DNA of 64,000 nt, from NCBI RefSeq assembly GCF_004010195.1, contig NC_057719.1, positions 10,907,974-10,971,973 of the forward strand, in the 5' to 3' direction. Made by a program: the position numbers and the translations under genes. The DNA comes from Chiloscyllium plagiosum. Lineage: Eukaryota. Below are positions 24,420-37,131 of the stretch, piece by piece (positions within the stretch are counted from its first letter, which is position 1; each line of letters begins with the position of its first letter). Below the pieces are notes generated by a model. It made no database searches. It was not told the origin of the DNA and saw nothing but the letters and a program-made list of their open reading frames with translations.

Positions 24420-26155
24420 ATCTTCAACCATCTTCAGCTACTTCAACAATGGCCTTCTCTCCATCATAAAGTAAATAGCGGGGATGTTTGCTGATTATTG
24501 AACATTGTTCAGCATCATTCATGGCTCCTCAGATACTAAAGCAGTCTATTTGCAAATGCAACAAGATCTGGACAATATCCCAGCTTGGGCTGACAAGTGG
24601 CAAGGAACATTCACACCACACAAATGCAAGGCACTGACTATCTCTAATAAGAGACAAACTAACCACTGTCCTTTGACATTCAATGATGTGGCCATCACTA
24701 AATCACTCACTAACGACATCCTACATGATACTAATGACCAGAAATTCAACTGGACTCACCATATAAGTAGGGTGGCTACAAGAACTGGTCAGAGGCTAGA
24801 AATTCTGTGGTCACCTCCAAACTGCCCAAAGCCTGTTTATTATTTACAAGGCACAAGTTATGTGTATGATGGATTAGGAGAAAGTGAGGACTGCAGATGC
24901 TGGAGATCAGAGCTGAAAATGTGTTGCTGGAAAAGCGCAGCATCCAAGAAGCAGGAGAATCGACCTTTCTGGCATCAGCCCTTCTTCAGGAAGCCCTTCT
25001 TCGGGCTCATGCCCGAAATGTCGATTCTCCTGCTCCTTGGATGCTGCCTGATCTGCTGCGCTTTTCCAGCAACACAATTTCAGCCTACGATGGATTAGGC
25101 CCTACTTACCTGGATGAGTGCACTCCAATAACACTCATGAAGCTTGACACCATCCAGGACAAACAGCCCACTTTATTGGCGGCACATTCACAAGCATCCT
25201 TTTCCTCCACCACCAATGCTCAGTAGCAGCAGTGTGTACTATCTACAAAATGGACTGCAGAAACTCTCCCAAGATCCTTAGATAACTCCTTCCAAGTCCA
25301 TGACCACTTCCATCCATCAAGGGCAGCAGATACACAGGAACACCACCACCTTATGTTCCCCTCCAAGCCATTCACCAGCCTGACTTGGAAATATACCACT
25401 GTTCCTTTACTATCACTGGGTTAAAATCCTGGGTCTACCTACATGACATAGACTCCAGCAATTCAAGAAGGCAGCTCACCACCACATGCTCATGGGCAGA
25501 GATGGGCAATAAATGCTGGCCCAGCTAGCGACATCCATGCCTCAACAGAGAATTTCTTTTTTAAAAGCAGATCATGTTCTGCAATGAGTAACTCACCTCC
25601 TTTGAGTAACTCCTCAAAGTCTGTCCACCATCTACAAGGCACAAGTCAGGAGTGTGATGGAGTACTCTCCACTTGCCTGGGTGAGTGCGTCTCCAACAAC
25701 ACTCAAGAAGGTTCATACAATAGGAGAGGATAAAACAGTTGTTTGATTGGAACCCCATCTATTACCTTTAACATTCACGCCCTTCGTCATTGATGGGCAG
25801 GAGAAATAATATGTATCGTCCATTGGATGCACTTCAAAGTTCCTTCAATGTATCTTCAAAATCATTACAAGCGATCTCTACCACTAGAAGGACAAGGGCA
25901 GTAGATATATATAAACATCTCCATCTGCAAGTTCCCCTTCAAGTCACAGACCATCCTGGTTTGGAACTATATCACTGTTCTCTCATTGTTGCTTGGTTAA
26001 AATCCTGGAACTCTGTCCTAACAGCTTTGCGGGTGTCCTTACAACCCATAGACTGCGGTGGGTCAAAACAGCGGCTCCCCTTCACCTTCTCGAGGGCAAT
26101 TAAAGATCAGCTGTCAGTTCCAGCCTAGCCAGCAACCCCCACAACCCATGAATAA
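24420..26155 (+). mobile_element. Two tandem LINE family 2 3' fragments (24420-25555, 25590-26155)
   Basis: MQQDLDNIPAWADKWQGTFTPHKC (ORF 24505) and two copies of the family 3' tail. Confidence 0.8.
24879..25085. mobile_element. Palindromic family A Penelope-derived insertion inside LINE
   Basis: TSD tatgatggattagg (24865-24878) / tacgatggattagg (25086-25099); inverted arms gctgaaaatgtgttgctggaaaagcgcagca / tgctgcgcttttccagcaacacaatttcagc. Confidence 0.85.
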
Positions 26156-27767
26156 ACTTCCAGTGAATTGACAAATAGGGGGCCACCGGGCGACTTCATG
26201 TCATAAAACAATGACAAAAGTTCAAAATGACAAAACTGGTGAAACTGAACAAGTATAAACAGCCTAAATGTCAATTCTGTGTGATTTTCACTCTGCTGGG
26301 AACTTCTGACCTCCAGTGGAATGAGATGAGTGGCGTGGGCACTGACAGACTCTGGTCCACTTGGCACTGAATGCCTTTGATAAAATGTGAACATTTTTAA
26401 CGACGGCGGCACAACATTTAACAAATGAGTGCGGCCATGCTGAGGAGGATTTCTGTCAGTGCATGAGAAAATTCTCTGAGGTTACAATGAAAGTGACCAC
26501 TCTGTTCCTTCTACTGGGAGCTCCTGGAGAAGAATTGGCTGTAGGTTGCCAAGCATGACCAAGGGCGGAACATTTGCACAGCGCTGCGGTCAAAGATCAT
26601 TCCTTCACCATCCCCAGCGTCACATTGGCACAATGCGGAAAAAACATGCTCATTTAATCCCTTTCTCTTGGGCTGTTTGACATCTGAAGGAAATGCAGTT
26701 ACAAAAAAAAAGGCTGACATTCAGAAGTCATCAGCTACAGAGGCTCCCCAACACTGACCTAGTGCTGGAGAATAGAATCAGACTACCACTGCAGTTCAAA
26801 TCACCTGATAGCAATCATCATTACCCTCTCTGCAGAAGGCAAGGCTGAGAGGAAGCAGGAACTGGAGTGTAAAATAAATAATAGGCTATCAGAATGGTGA
26901 ACCATGCAAGCTGTTTTACTTGGACTACAAGCACAGGGCTACACAAGCGCAGTATTCAAACGCAATTTAAAGCAAGGTTGGAGGTTAAATAAAATGTTGC
27001 CTCTCACAGGGCATTGGAGATGAAACACAATTCTGGAGAAGTAGCTGGTTTGGAATAAAGGGACTTTTCAAATGGAGCCAAAGAAAATGCTGATGATCAC
27101 TCGAAGAATTTGAGCTGCAGTGATAATCAGATTTCATTTCACAACACACTGTGGGGCAATTGCTGTGCTTCCACACATTCCGGATTCATCATGTTGGCTG
27201 GTGCGTCATCACATTGCCTCAATCTATTGAGCTGAGGTTTTATGGGATTTGTAGCACAAAAGAAGGCTATTTGACCCATCTATTTAATGCCAGCCCTCAT
27301 CCGCCACCCAAATCTCCTCCCATCCTTGCTCATCAATCAGCATAACTCACTATTTCCTCTCTCCCATTAACAACATATTTATCGTTTGCCCAGCTATTAG
27401 CTGTGCTAGTGCATTCTCAGTCTTTGGGTAAAGACATTTCTTTGGATTCCCGATGAGATTTCTCGGCCAGTAACACATTGTGAGAAACGTATTGCTCCCA
27501 TGGGGAGTGGGTGATGAGTGTGTTTAATTGTTTGGGAAGGAATGAGGTGGACAGCCTTTCATCTTTCCGATGCTCCAGCCCACCACCACAGCCACTAATA
27601 AAGTCCAGACTGGGGAGGTCAGCATTGTCACCCTGAAACAAGTTGTGGCCCTATCATTAATGGTCATTTAAGGATATCATCCCACAGACTCAATAGGCTG
27701 AATAGCCTCTTTTGATGATTCCATACATCTGTGGCTAGGGTATGGGACTATACAACTACTTTGAGAA

Positions 27768-27862
27768 ATGATGAAGAGTCTTCTAGACTTGAAACGTTAG
27801 CTTGCTCTCTCTCCACGGATGCTGCCTGACCTACTGTGATTTCCAGCATTTTTTATTTTCAG
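27768..27862 (+). mobile_element. Penelope-derived family B arm with degenerate hammerhead
   Basis: atgatgaagagtcttctagacttgaaacgtt..ggatgctgcctgacc. Confidence 0.6.
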
Positions 27863-28259
27863 TACTTTAGAGGTAACAGAGTAGACCCCGCAATATTACC
27901 GATGAAAGTTGTTGTAACTACAGTGAAAATAGACCATGTTATACTTTCATCAATTGACTTTAATACCTGAGATGTTCATAACCTAAAAGAAATTCTAAAA
28001 ATGACATGAAGTGTCTGCTACGATCACCTTACCAGGCAAAACCATGTTCATGTAATCATCAGTAAATCAGGATCAGTCTAAGCTGAAATTAACATTGTTA
28101 TAAAGGGAACTGAAACACTGATCTTATCTCTTGGTTGATTCGTACCTTCCTACAAGATACTTTGAGGTGAAAGGTTGCCCTGAGACATATAAAGGGCGGA
28201 AACATAATGAAGTGACACAGGAATATGCAAGTGGACCTTTATGAACAGCAGCTTCAAAG

Positions 28260-28362
28260 ATGAGGAGTAAAAACAGAAATTGCTGGAGAAGCTCAGCAGA
28301 TCTGGCATTTTGTAGGGAAAAATCAGAGTTAACGTTTCGGGTCGAGTGGCCCTTCCTCAGAG
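28260..28362 (-). mobile_element. Penelope-derived family B arm with hammerhead core
   Basis: Minus strand reads CTGAGGA-AGGGCCACTCGACCC-GAAACGTT-aactctg. Confidence 0.75.
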
Positions 28363-29739
28363 ATGACGAGAATAGATTTACAAGCAAGAACTGGAAGGCA
28401 CTCTCTCTGCCAGGCTGTCTGTCTGTCTCTCTCTGTCTTATCAAGCTAAAACATCAGTGCATGGTAAAATAGCAACTTGAAGCATGAATTCATTACCAAG
28501 AACAAAGATATTTGTAAGTCTCACTGCTACTAAGGAAATAAGACAACAGCGAAACAGTTAGGACACTAGCTTCACTCTCAAAATTCAAGGACACTAAGAA
28601 CATTAAACTGGGATTGCCTTTACCTTCCTGCAAAGATGCTGAAACCCCATCTTTTCTTGTAAGCTTATGCCCTGTGTTTGTGTGTGTGTTTGATGTTGCA
28701 CTTTCATATTTTTCAGGGTGATCGGTGATAAAACCCCTCTTTCATTCACTCAAGAAAACCTTCTGATTGGCTTATTTATTCAGATCTAATTATTCAAATC
28801 TTTAATTGACATGTGACGTAAATGTGTGCTGAACAGAAATAAAAATATTTGTTACAACAGGCCGAGAAATGGCATAAAAAGAGAGAAATCACGAACCCGC
28901 CTTATCTGGAGGAACAAAGCCATGACATTATCATACAATTGTTCAAAACCACAATAACATGCTGTTCTCTATCACCACCTAAAAGAGCCACAGGAGTGTT
29001 ACAAAGAGGAAAATGGACACTGTGCCTGATAAGGACTTGGTGAAAGCAGTAGACTTTAAGGAATGTCTTAAAAATAGGACAAAGAGAAAGGAGGGAGAGA
29101 CGTTTAAAGAGACCTCCAGAGTTTAAGGCCAAGAAGAATGAAGGCAAAGATGCCAACATTCCAGCAATGAAAACTGGGCATGCATGAGAGAATAGACTCG
29201 AAAGTGCACAATTATCTCTGAATGCTGCAGAGCAGGAGGGCCAAGGAAGTTTTGAAACCAAGTAAGTGATTGCTCAGATTTGCAGGCCTACAAACCTGGT
29301 GTGGGAAGGTGACAGGAAGCTTTTTCCATTGACAGCAATGATGGGACAAATGACCTCTGTCTGTTTATAAAGTTTCTAGATTCTGTCATCTGGCCATCAC
29401 CTTTTCTATTGCTGAAGTCTCATTGCTCCTGGGCAGGTGATGGGGAGCCACCTTCCTGAAATCCTCCAGGAGAGGACGGGATTACTCCAGGGACGGACAA
29501 AGCTAGATTGCTCCTTTATACTGTCAGTGGAGCCCATTCCATTCAACAGTTACAATATACAAGCAGAAATTAAGATCATAGAATGAGACAGCAAAGACGA
29601 ATGCCAGTCAGTACGCTGTGCTTGTGCTAATTCCCTAATATCGAGGCACACTCACTGCTCTTTCCCTATCCTGTAACTTGTATGTTCCAGTTTACTCATG
29701 GTTGGTGTAAATCATTGGGGCAGCGTATACTTTTCACCT

Positions 29740-30000
29740 AAAAGCAAAATATTGCAGATGTTGGAAATCCAAAATAAAGACAGAAAGCACTGGCAAAATT
29801 CAGCAGGTCCGGTGATATAAGTAGAGAGAGAAGAACAGAGTTAATGTTTTGAATCCCATATGACTCTCTTTCAGAACTTGTTCTCAGTAAAGGCTTGTTG
29901 TTTCAAGTTGCTTTTTTACCTCTCGGAGAATACGATTCTGAAGAAATCTGTTTCTGTTCTCACTGATACTGCCAGACCTGCTGAGTTTCTCTGGGTTTTT
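29740..30000. mobile_element. Old palindromic family B insertion
   Basis: ttcagcaggtccgg..cagagttaatgtttt and inverted tgccagacctgctgagtttctc. Confidence 0.6.
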
Positions 30001-30849
30001 TTATATATAAGTAGGATTTTTACCTCTATGTTCTAGCAGGGTCCAAATTTCTCTTCATCACATGGCTCAATCTCTAAGTTTTAGAAGGTGGTGCAGTTTG
30101 ATAAATTGGGTGCCAAGTCATGCATTGAGACTTGAACCCAGTGCTCCAGGTTCAGAGGCAAGGACACTCATTACCACGCCACAAGACCTCTTTCATCTCC
30201 TGTGGCCCAGATAATCTTCCCTTCTGTTAACGATTATCTTTTAGAAAGTTAATGCTCCAACTGAGCCCGTTTCCACAATTCTTTCAGCCAATGCAGATTG
30301 CAGATCATAAGTCACTGAGTGAAAACTAAACCATGGCAAATAATATAGAATTTCCCATCCTTCTTTGACTATCTCTTCCCCTGACACTCAGGTCCTCAAT
30401 GAGAATTACAATCAGGGCTTTAAAGTCAGGGTCACGTTTCAGCTATCATCCACACAATGCAGTCAAGAAAGACAAAGGCTGAGTAATGAGACTCGCAGAC
30501 ATTCCAGGCACAGCACGCTCTTGTTGGCATGAAATGTAAACTCCTGTACACTTTAGTTTTTAAAAAGATAAACAAAAAGAAGAATTATAAAAATTAAATG
30601 CATGCTTTGTGATCATTGTAAATGCTGCGCTCATGTGGGAATGTGTCAAGAGCCTTCCACCAGCTGCTCAGCACAGCAGGCAAACCAGAGAGATCAGGAA
30701 CAAGGGGAAGGCAGTAATTAAAGCTGTCAGCTTCTCTTATCTGTATTCATCAGAAGCAGAGGGTGTATGGCTCCTGGAAACTGCCCATCCATCAGCACAA
30801 ATGTGACAATCTGTTTATCTCATGGCCACAGCCTGTCTCTCCATATTAT

Positions 30850-31145
30850 CTTATTCAGTCATAGGATGTGAGCATTGCTGTCTGGCCAACATTTATTGCC
30901 CATCCCTAATTGCCCAGAGAGCAGTTAAGAGTCAACCACAATGCTGTGGTTCTGGAGTCATGTGTAAGCCAGATAAGGTAAGGATGGCAGCATTCTTCCT
31001 GAAGGACGTTAGTGAACCAGGGGTGTATTTTTCAGACAATTGACAATGGTCGTCATTAGATTCTTTATTTCACTATCGGCCATGGCGGGATTCGAACCTG
31101 CGACTCTGGATTAATAGTCTCACGAAAACACAACTACGCTATTGA
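30850..31145 (-). mobile_element. tRNA-derived SINE (LINE-family-2 partner)
   Basis: Minus strand has a perfect B box GGTTCGAATCC (~31088-31098) and the tail gggcaattagggatgggcaataaatgttggcc. Confidence 0.8.
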
Positions 31146-31167
31146 TTCCCACATAGAAAATTTTTAT

Positions 31168-31935
31168 AGAGTCAGAGAGTCATAGAGATGTACAGTACGG
31201 AAACAGACCCTTCGGTCCAACACATCCATGCCAACCAGATGTCCCAACCCAACCTAGTCCCACCTGCCAGCATCCAGCCCATATCCCTCCAAACCCTTCC
31301 TATTCATATACCCATCCAGGTGCCTTTTAAATGTTGCAATTGTACCAGCCTCCACCATTTCCTCTGGCAGCTCAATCCATACACATACCACCCTCTGAGT
31401 GAAAAAGTTGCCTCTTAGGTCTCTTTTATATCTTTCCCCTTTTACCCTAAACCTATGTCCTCTAATTCTGGACTTCCCCACCCCAGGGAAAAGACTTTGT
31501 CTATTTATCCTATCCATGACCCTCATGATTTTATAAACCTCTATAAGGTCATCCCTCAGCCTCCGATGCTTCAGGGAAAATAGCCCCAGCCTGTTCAGCC
31601 TCTCCCTGTAGCTCAAATCCTCCAACCCTGGCAACATCCTTGTAAATCTTTTCTGAACCCTTTCGGACCTTACCATTAAGTGTATAAGTCCTGCTAAGAT
31701 TTGCTTTCCCAAAATGCAGCACCTCACATTTATCTAAATTAAACTCCATCTGCTACTTCTCAGCCCACTGACCCATCTGATCAAGATCCCATTGTAATCT
31801 GAGGTAACCTTCTTCGCTGTCCACAATACCTCCAATTTTGGTGTCATCAGCAAACTTACTAACTATACCTCTTATGCTCACACCCAAATCATTTATATAA
31901 ATGATGAAAAGTAGTGGACCCAGTACCGATCCTTT
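31168..31935 (-). mobile_element. HER1/CR1 LINE 3' part with internal deletion
   Basis: GSVLGPLLFIIYINDL..SKFADDTKIGG; MEFNLDKCEVLHFG; ERVQKRFTRMLPG..GNFFTQRVV. Confidence 0.92.
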
Positions 31936-33394
31936 TCGGATCGGGATCTCCAGAGGAAGGAAAAAAAACTTCTTCATTCTAATTATGCTGTTTGTGGAGT
32001 AAAGGGTTTATTTTATCTTTACTGTAATAATAGTGATTGAGCACATGTGTAAGGAGTACTATCATGATGACACCAGATCATATGGGACAAGGAACCCAAG
32101 AGTATAGGGATTTCACAAGTCTCTTCTCTTACCATTCCTTGTGTATCATTATAGTTAATAAAGGCTGCTGATGTTCAGTGATGTGGATGTGGACTACCTT
32201 CTCTCAACAATGTAGAGGTGATCTTTCTGCGTGGTGGGAAACAATGAACCACAGAACCGGGGTGGGAGAAAAGTAAGGGAGGGCCCAAGGGAATCCTAGC
32301 AGCAGAACTGTCATACGGGTGAAGGACAAGAGCATCCCAATGGATTTGACCATTGAGGATGTGAAGAAACCAGAAATGAAGTCCGGAGAACAGTGGGTGA
32401 AGATCTTTAAGATTAACCAAGCCACCAGATCACAGAGAGGAAAAACTGTCGCAGAGTGGAAATTCTGAAAAAAAATGCCATGAAATTAAAAATCATCAGC
32501 CATTTAATACTCACCTGTTTAAAACCCCCAATGGTGGAAAAGGCCTTGCTTTTACCAGAATCTTTGGATCATGTAGGCGGCCCTGACCAGACTGTGTACT
32601 GAATTAACTGGCACCAATGTTTCACCAGACACCCGCACAGCCTCAGGACTTGATCAAAAACCAGCCACAGACCATGTCAGTGTAAAGTTACATTCGATCG
32701 CAACAGTGTCCCACCATTCTCATCAGACAAGACACAAAGGAAGAGACTGCTCAGTACAAGGATGTAATTAAACCCTTCAACTACCACTTTAGGCAAAGAT
32801 TCCATAAAATTTAATCAGTGTGACCAGGAGCCAGGAGATGTCATATTGTTGAGTTGTGCTACTTAATATAGAATTACTACTCCCATGTTAGATTGGCAAG
32901 TAATGTAGGTTTAATTTACAGAAAATCTCAAACAGCTTTACTTAACCGACAAGCTGATAACTGGCAGCTACAGAGCAACTTATGTACACATCCTTAGACT
33001 AGCATCCTCCTGCTCAGAGTCCTCATGGCTGCTGGTTATGTGGTGTCATTCTGGACCTTGGCTTATTAGCGTTTTCAGTTCTTAAATCAGTAACATAACA
33101 GGGGAAATTATTAATTATTTTAAGAATGATTTGAATCATCTTGCAGGTAATTAAGAGGCGAGATTATCAGGGAGTGCATCATAGTGGGAATGCAAGATGA
33201 AGTTCTGTCAGAAGGTTTACAGACTACAGAAAACTTCACTTTATTAGAAACAGTGCAGTTCCTCAAATAGGTTTTACTGCACAAGAAAAACAGACTTCTT
33301 ACCTAAAGGGATCGCGGATCTAACTCTTATTTTCAAACAATAACCCATAGTTTTCAATTCTCTCATAAGAAGAAACATTCTTTCTAGGGCTTGA

Positions 33395-33785
33395 GCTCTC
33401 CCATGTCCTTAAACCAAACTCTACACACCAGGCCTTGTTATCACATGGTCTGCTATTACACAAACCCACTGTTCGCCCCTAACAGTCCTCATTAATAGCT
33501 ATTCACTCTCCTAGCCAGATTGTTATCCACTTCTTTGTCTGTCCAACTGTTCTCTTTCTTTGGGTTCTGTCCCCACTTATCATTTAGTCCTTATCCTGTT
33601 CCCCACTCTATCTTCTGCATATAAACTGACTTCTTCCCAGCTAACACTAGTTCTGAGGAAGGGTCACTCAACCCGAGCCGTTCACTCTGATTTCTCTGCA
33701 CAGATGCTGCCAGACCTGTGGAGCTTTTCTTGCAATTTCTGTTTTTGTTTCTGATTTCCAGCATCCGCAGTTCTTTCAGTTTTTT
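33395..33785 (+). mobile_element. Penelope-like 3' region ending in a family B repeat (degenerate hammerhead)
   Basis: ctagttctgaggaagggtcactcaacccgagccgtt..gatgctgccagacctg..ccagcatccgcagttcttt. Confidence 0.6.
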
Positions 33786-33805
33786 ATTTAACATGTTTCC
33801 CAGAT

Positions 33806-33916
33806 CCGAAAAGTCGATTTTCCTGCTCCTCAGATGCTGCCTGACCTACTGTGCTTTTCCAGCACCACTCTAATCTAAACTCTGGTTTCCAGCATCTGCA
33901 GTCCTCACTTTTGCCT
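33806..33916 (+). mobile_element. Family A arm
   Basis: gtcgattttcctgctcctcagatgctgcctgacc..cagcatctgcagtcctcacttttgcc. Confidence 0.75.
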
Positions 33917-33919
33917 ATT

Positions 33920-34470
33920 CTTTCCAGATCCATCCTATCAAGACCCCGCAGGATTTTATAAATTTCAATCAAATCACCTCTTACTCTTCTGGACTCCAGT
34001 GGACACAAGCCATGCCTGTCCAACCATTCCTCCTAAAGCATTCCACCCATTTCATTAGTCTAGTAAACCTTCGCTGGGACATTGGTGCCCTGTATGTTGA
34101 AAAATAACCTCCCCATTTTTGTACTCAGTTCCCCTTGCAATAAATGATAACATTCTATGAGCTTTCCTAATTACTTGCTATGCATGCCTACCAGCCTTTT
34201 GCGATTCAAGTACCAGTACACCCAGATCCCTTTGCATGTCAGAACTCTGCAAATTCTCACCATTCAGATAATTTGTTAGTTCCTTCCTCTTCCTGACAAA
34301 CTTGAAAATTCCACACTTTCTCAGATTGTACTTCATTTGCCAGATCTCTACCCATTCCCTTAACTGATGTTTGTACTTTAATTATCTCCTTATGTCATCT
34401 CACCAACTTGCGTGCCGACCAATCTTTCTGTCAACAATAAACTGAGCAACAATACCTTCAGTCCCTTCTT
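33920..34470 (-). mobile_element. Old CR1 fragment
   Basis: LESRRVRGDLIEIYKILRGLDR (ORF 33784-34023). Confidence 0.7.
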
Positions 34471-34549
34471 CTGTCATTTATAAAAACCTCTGTGAATCTA
34501 AGGAACTTTTAAAAATCTAAACCAATGTATCAGCCATTGCACTAGCTAC

Positions 34550-35065
34550 TCATAGAGGCATTGAGATGTACGGAAATAGACCCTTTGGTCCAACTTGTCC
34601 ATGCCGATCAGATATCCTAAACCAATCTAGTCCCATTTGCCAGCATTTGGCCCATATCCCTCTAAACCCTTCCTATTCATATACCCTTCCAATTGCCTTT
34701 TAAATCTTGTTGCTGTACCAGCCTCCACCACTTCCTCTGGCAGCTCATTCCGTACACATACCACCCTCTGCATAAAAACATTGCCCCTTAGGTCTCTTTT
34801 AAATTTTTCTCCTCTCACCTTACGCCCTCTATTTCTGGACTCCCCCACCCCAGGGAGAAGACTTTGTCTGTTTATCCTATCCATGCCCCTCATGAACCTC
34901 TATAAGGTCACCCCTCAGTTTCCGACGCTCCAGGGAAAACAACCCCAAACTATTCAACCGCTCCCTATAACTCAAATCTTCCAACCCTGGCAACATCCTT
35001 GTAAATCTTTTCTGAACCCTTTCAAGTTTCATAATATCCTTCTGATAGGAGGGAAACCAGAATTG
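34550..35065 (-). mobile_element. HER1/CR1 LINE 3' end
   Basis: ORF 34627-34893 MRGMDRINRQSL..EVVEAGT. Confidence 0.88.
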
Positions 35066-35244
35066 CTACTGAAAGATCCTAAAAGCTTTCCAAGAGAAAC
35101 AAGAATATTGTTGGATATTGTGAGATGACAGGGACTGTGGGGGTGGGTTGAGGTCAAGGAATAGGAAATGGATACCAACTGTGAATGGATTGTGAGGTTA
35201 ATAGTTTGAGGGAAGAGTAAACAGGAGTGAGATATGGAGGATTC

Positions 35245-35890
35245 ATGCAGATATAGACAGGGCAGTTAAGATGGCATTTAGCATGCTTGCCTTTACTGCT
35301 CAGACCTTTGAGTAAGGGAGTTGGAACATTATGCTGAGGTTGGACAGAACATTGGTGGGGCTTCTAATGGAGTACTGTGCCCAGTTCTGATTGCCCAGTT
35401 ATAGAAGGGAGATTATTAAGCAGGAGAGGGTACGGAAGAGATTTACCAGAATGTTGCCGGATATGGAGTTGTAAAGAAAGTCTGAATAGGCTGTGACTTA
35501 TTTCATTGGAACGTAGGAGATTGAGAGGTGATCTTATAAAGTTTTATAAAATCACGAGGGGTCTAGATAGGGTTAATGGTAGGTGTCTTTTCCCTAGTAT
35601 GAGCGGTTTCAAAAGTAGGGGGCACATTTATAAGGTGAGATGAGAGCGATTTAAAAAAGACACGAGGGGCTAATTATTTTACATGAAGGGTGTTCACGTA
35701 TGGAATGAACTTTCTCAGAGCAGGGGCACACTTAACAATATTTAAAAGTCACTTACATGAGTACATGAATAGGAAAGGTTTGGAGGGATATGGGCTAAGA
35801 GCAGGCAAATGGGACTAGCTTAGTTTGGGATTATGTTCAGCATGGACTGGTTGGACCAAACAGTCTGTTTCCATGCTGTATGATTGTATG
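35245..35890 (+). mobile_element. HER1/CR1 LINE 3' end
   Basis: EYCAQF..ERVRKRFTRMLP-like sequence plus the HER1-like tail. Confidence 0.85.
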
Positions 35891-36404
35891 GCTCCTAAAA
35901 TGTCACAGCATATGCAGCCAGGGCTTGAGTATCTTACCAGCTCCTCTGTGAAGCTATAGTGAATGAAAGCTATTGACATTCACGAACACGACTGTTAACC
36001 ATTCCAGTCTTTTTAATTCCCATCAACACAACATTACTGGCTTTGATGAAGACCCTGTCACATCATGTGCCCCTCTTCTTCTGGTTACTGTGGTCATCTG
36101 TCCCTCCCAGTCACACTTCCCTTTCCTCTTTCTTTCATTTAATCACAATGAGAAAGACAGCCAGAGTGCATTATGTGACGATCACCAGTTCTCATAGTGT
36201 CTCAGCTTTTAATCCATCACAGTAACAGACTGCGTTTACTGTGTGACAGTTTTCCTAGCAACATCATTGTGCAGACTTGTCACCCTCTCTATTCTCTCCC
36301 TATATCTGAGCAGGGCAAAGCGGAAAATAATTTTGTTATTGAAAGCCCCTATCTAAGCTTTACTGCTGGAAAGCTCCTCCTGGCGAATACTCTAACTATA
36401 AGAA

Positions 36405-36705
36405 AGATTTGCATTTTGATGACACCTTGAAGAACCTTGAGATGTCCCAAAATGCTTTACAACCAATGATGTATTTTCAAAAACTATTCATTGTTGTAAC
36501 ATTGGAACCTCAGGACCCAATTTGGCAAGCTCCTTCAAACAGCAGTGTGATAATGACCATAATCTGCATCTTTAATTGAAATTGGTTGAGGATGAAATGT
36601 TGGCTAAGGAATTATAAAGAGTTCTACTTTCCTTTGAAATTGTTCAATGGGATCTTATATATCTCTGCTGAAAGAGCAGATAGAGCTTTATTTTAACCTC
36701 TCACC
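36405..36705 (-). mobile_element. Deu-domain SINE (SacSINE1/AmnSINE1-like)
   Basis: Minus strand ggtcattatcacactgctgtttg..cattggttgtaaagcattttgggacatc resembles the Deu-SINE body and tail. Related copies at ~38960-39440, 53200-53520, 54735-54990, 56200-56450, 57420-57625 and 61320-61600; head at 58850-58960. Confidence 0.6.
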
Positions 36706-37131
36706 CAGGACAGAAGGTGAGGGTGGATGGGAATAACTGTCTATCTGGATTCTGAAAGTTTTGAAAGGAATGAATGGGTACCCAAGTTGGAATATGAGCA
36801 CAAAAAGGCAAAGAGGTCTAATGAACAGAAATAGTGTTACATTGCCATTGCATGGCCTGCAGATGTTACCATTGTTAATTGCTGTAAAAACCCATCTTGT
36901 TCACTGTTGCCCTTCATGGAAAGAAATCTCCCAATCTTACCCGTTCTGGTCTATGCATGACTCTAGACCTCTAGCAATTTGGCTGACTCTCAACTGCCCG
37001 CTGGACAATTAGGGATGAGTGATGACAGGGCCTAGCCAATGAGGCCCAGGCCCTCTGCAATGGTGTTGAGAATCAATCCGTTCTAGGGCAAACCCCTTGG
37101 CACTGCACTGAAAGTGCCAACCTCGATTTTT

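Noticed and set aside
24505..25098. Longest ORF (197 aa) as a gene
   Set aside because: It is a chance read-through of a LINE RT fragment into an inserted family A palindrome.
32023..32209. Short solo LTR (TGT..AATAAA..ACA)
   Set aside because: No TSD and no second copy in the window; support is insufficient.
32509..32700. Minus-strand donor CAG|GTGAGT suggesting an exon
   Set aside because: The upstream frames I translated hit stops and gave no recognisable peptide; no clear acceptor.
34550..35890. Single CR1 insertion with 5' inversion
   Set aside because: Both halves contain their own 3' tail and differ in sequence, so they are two independent copies.
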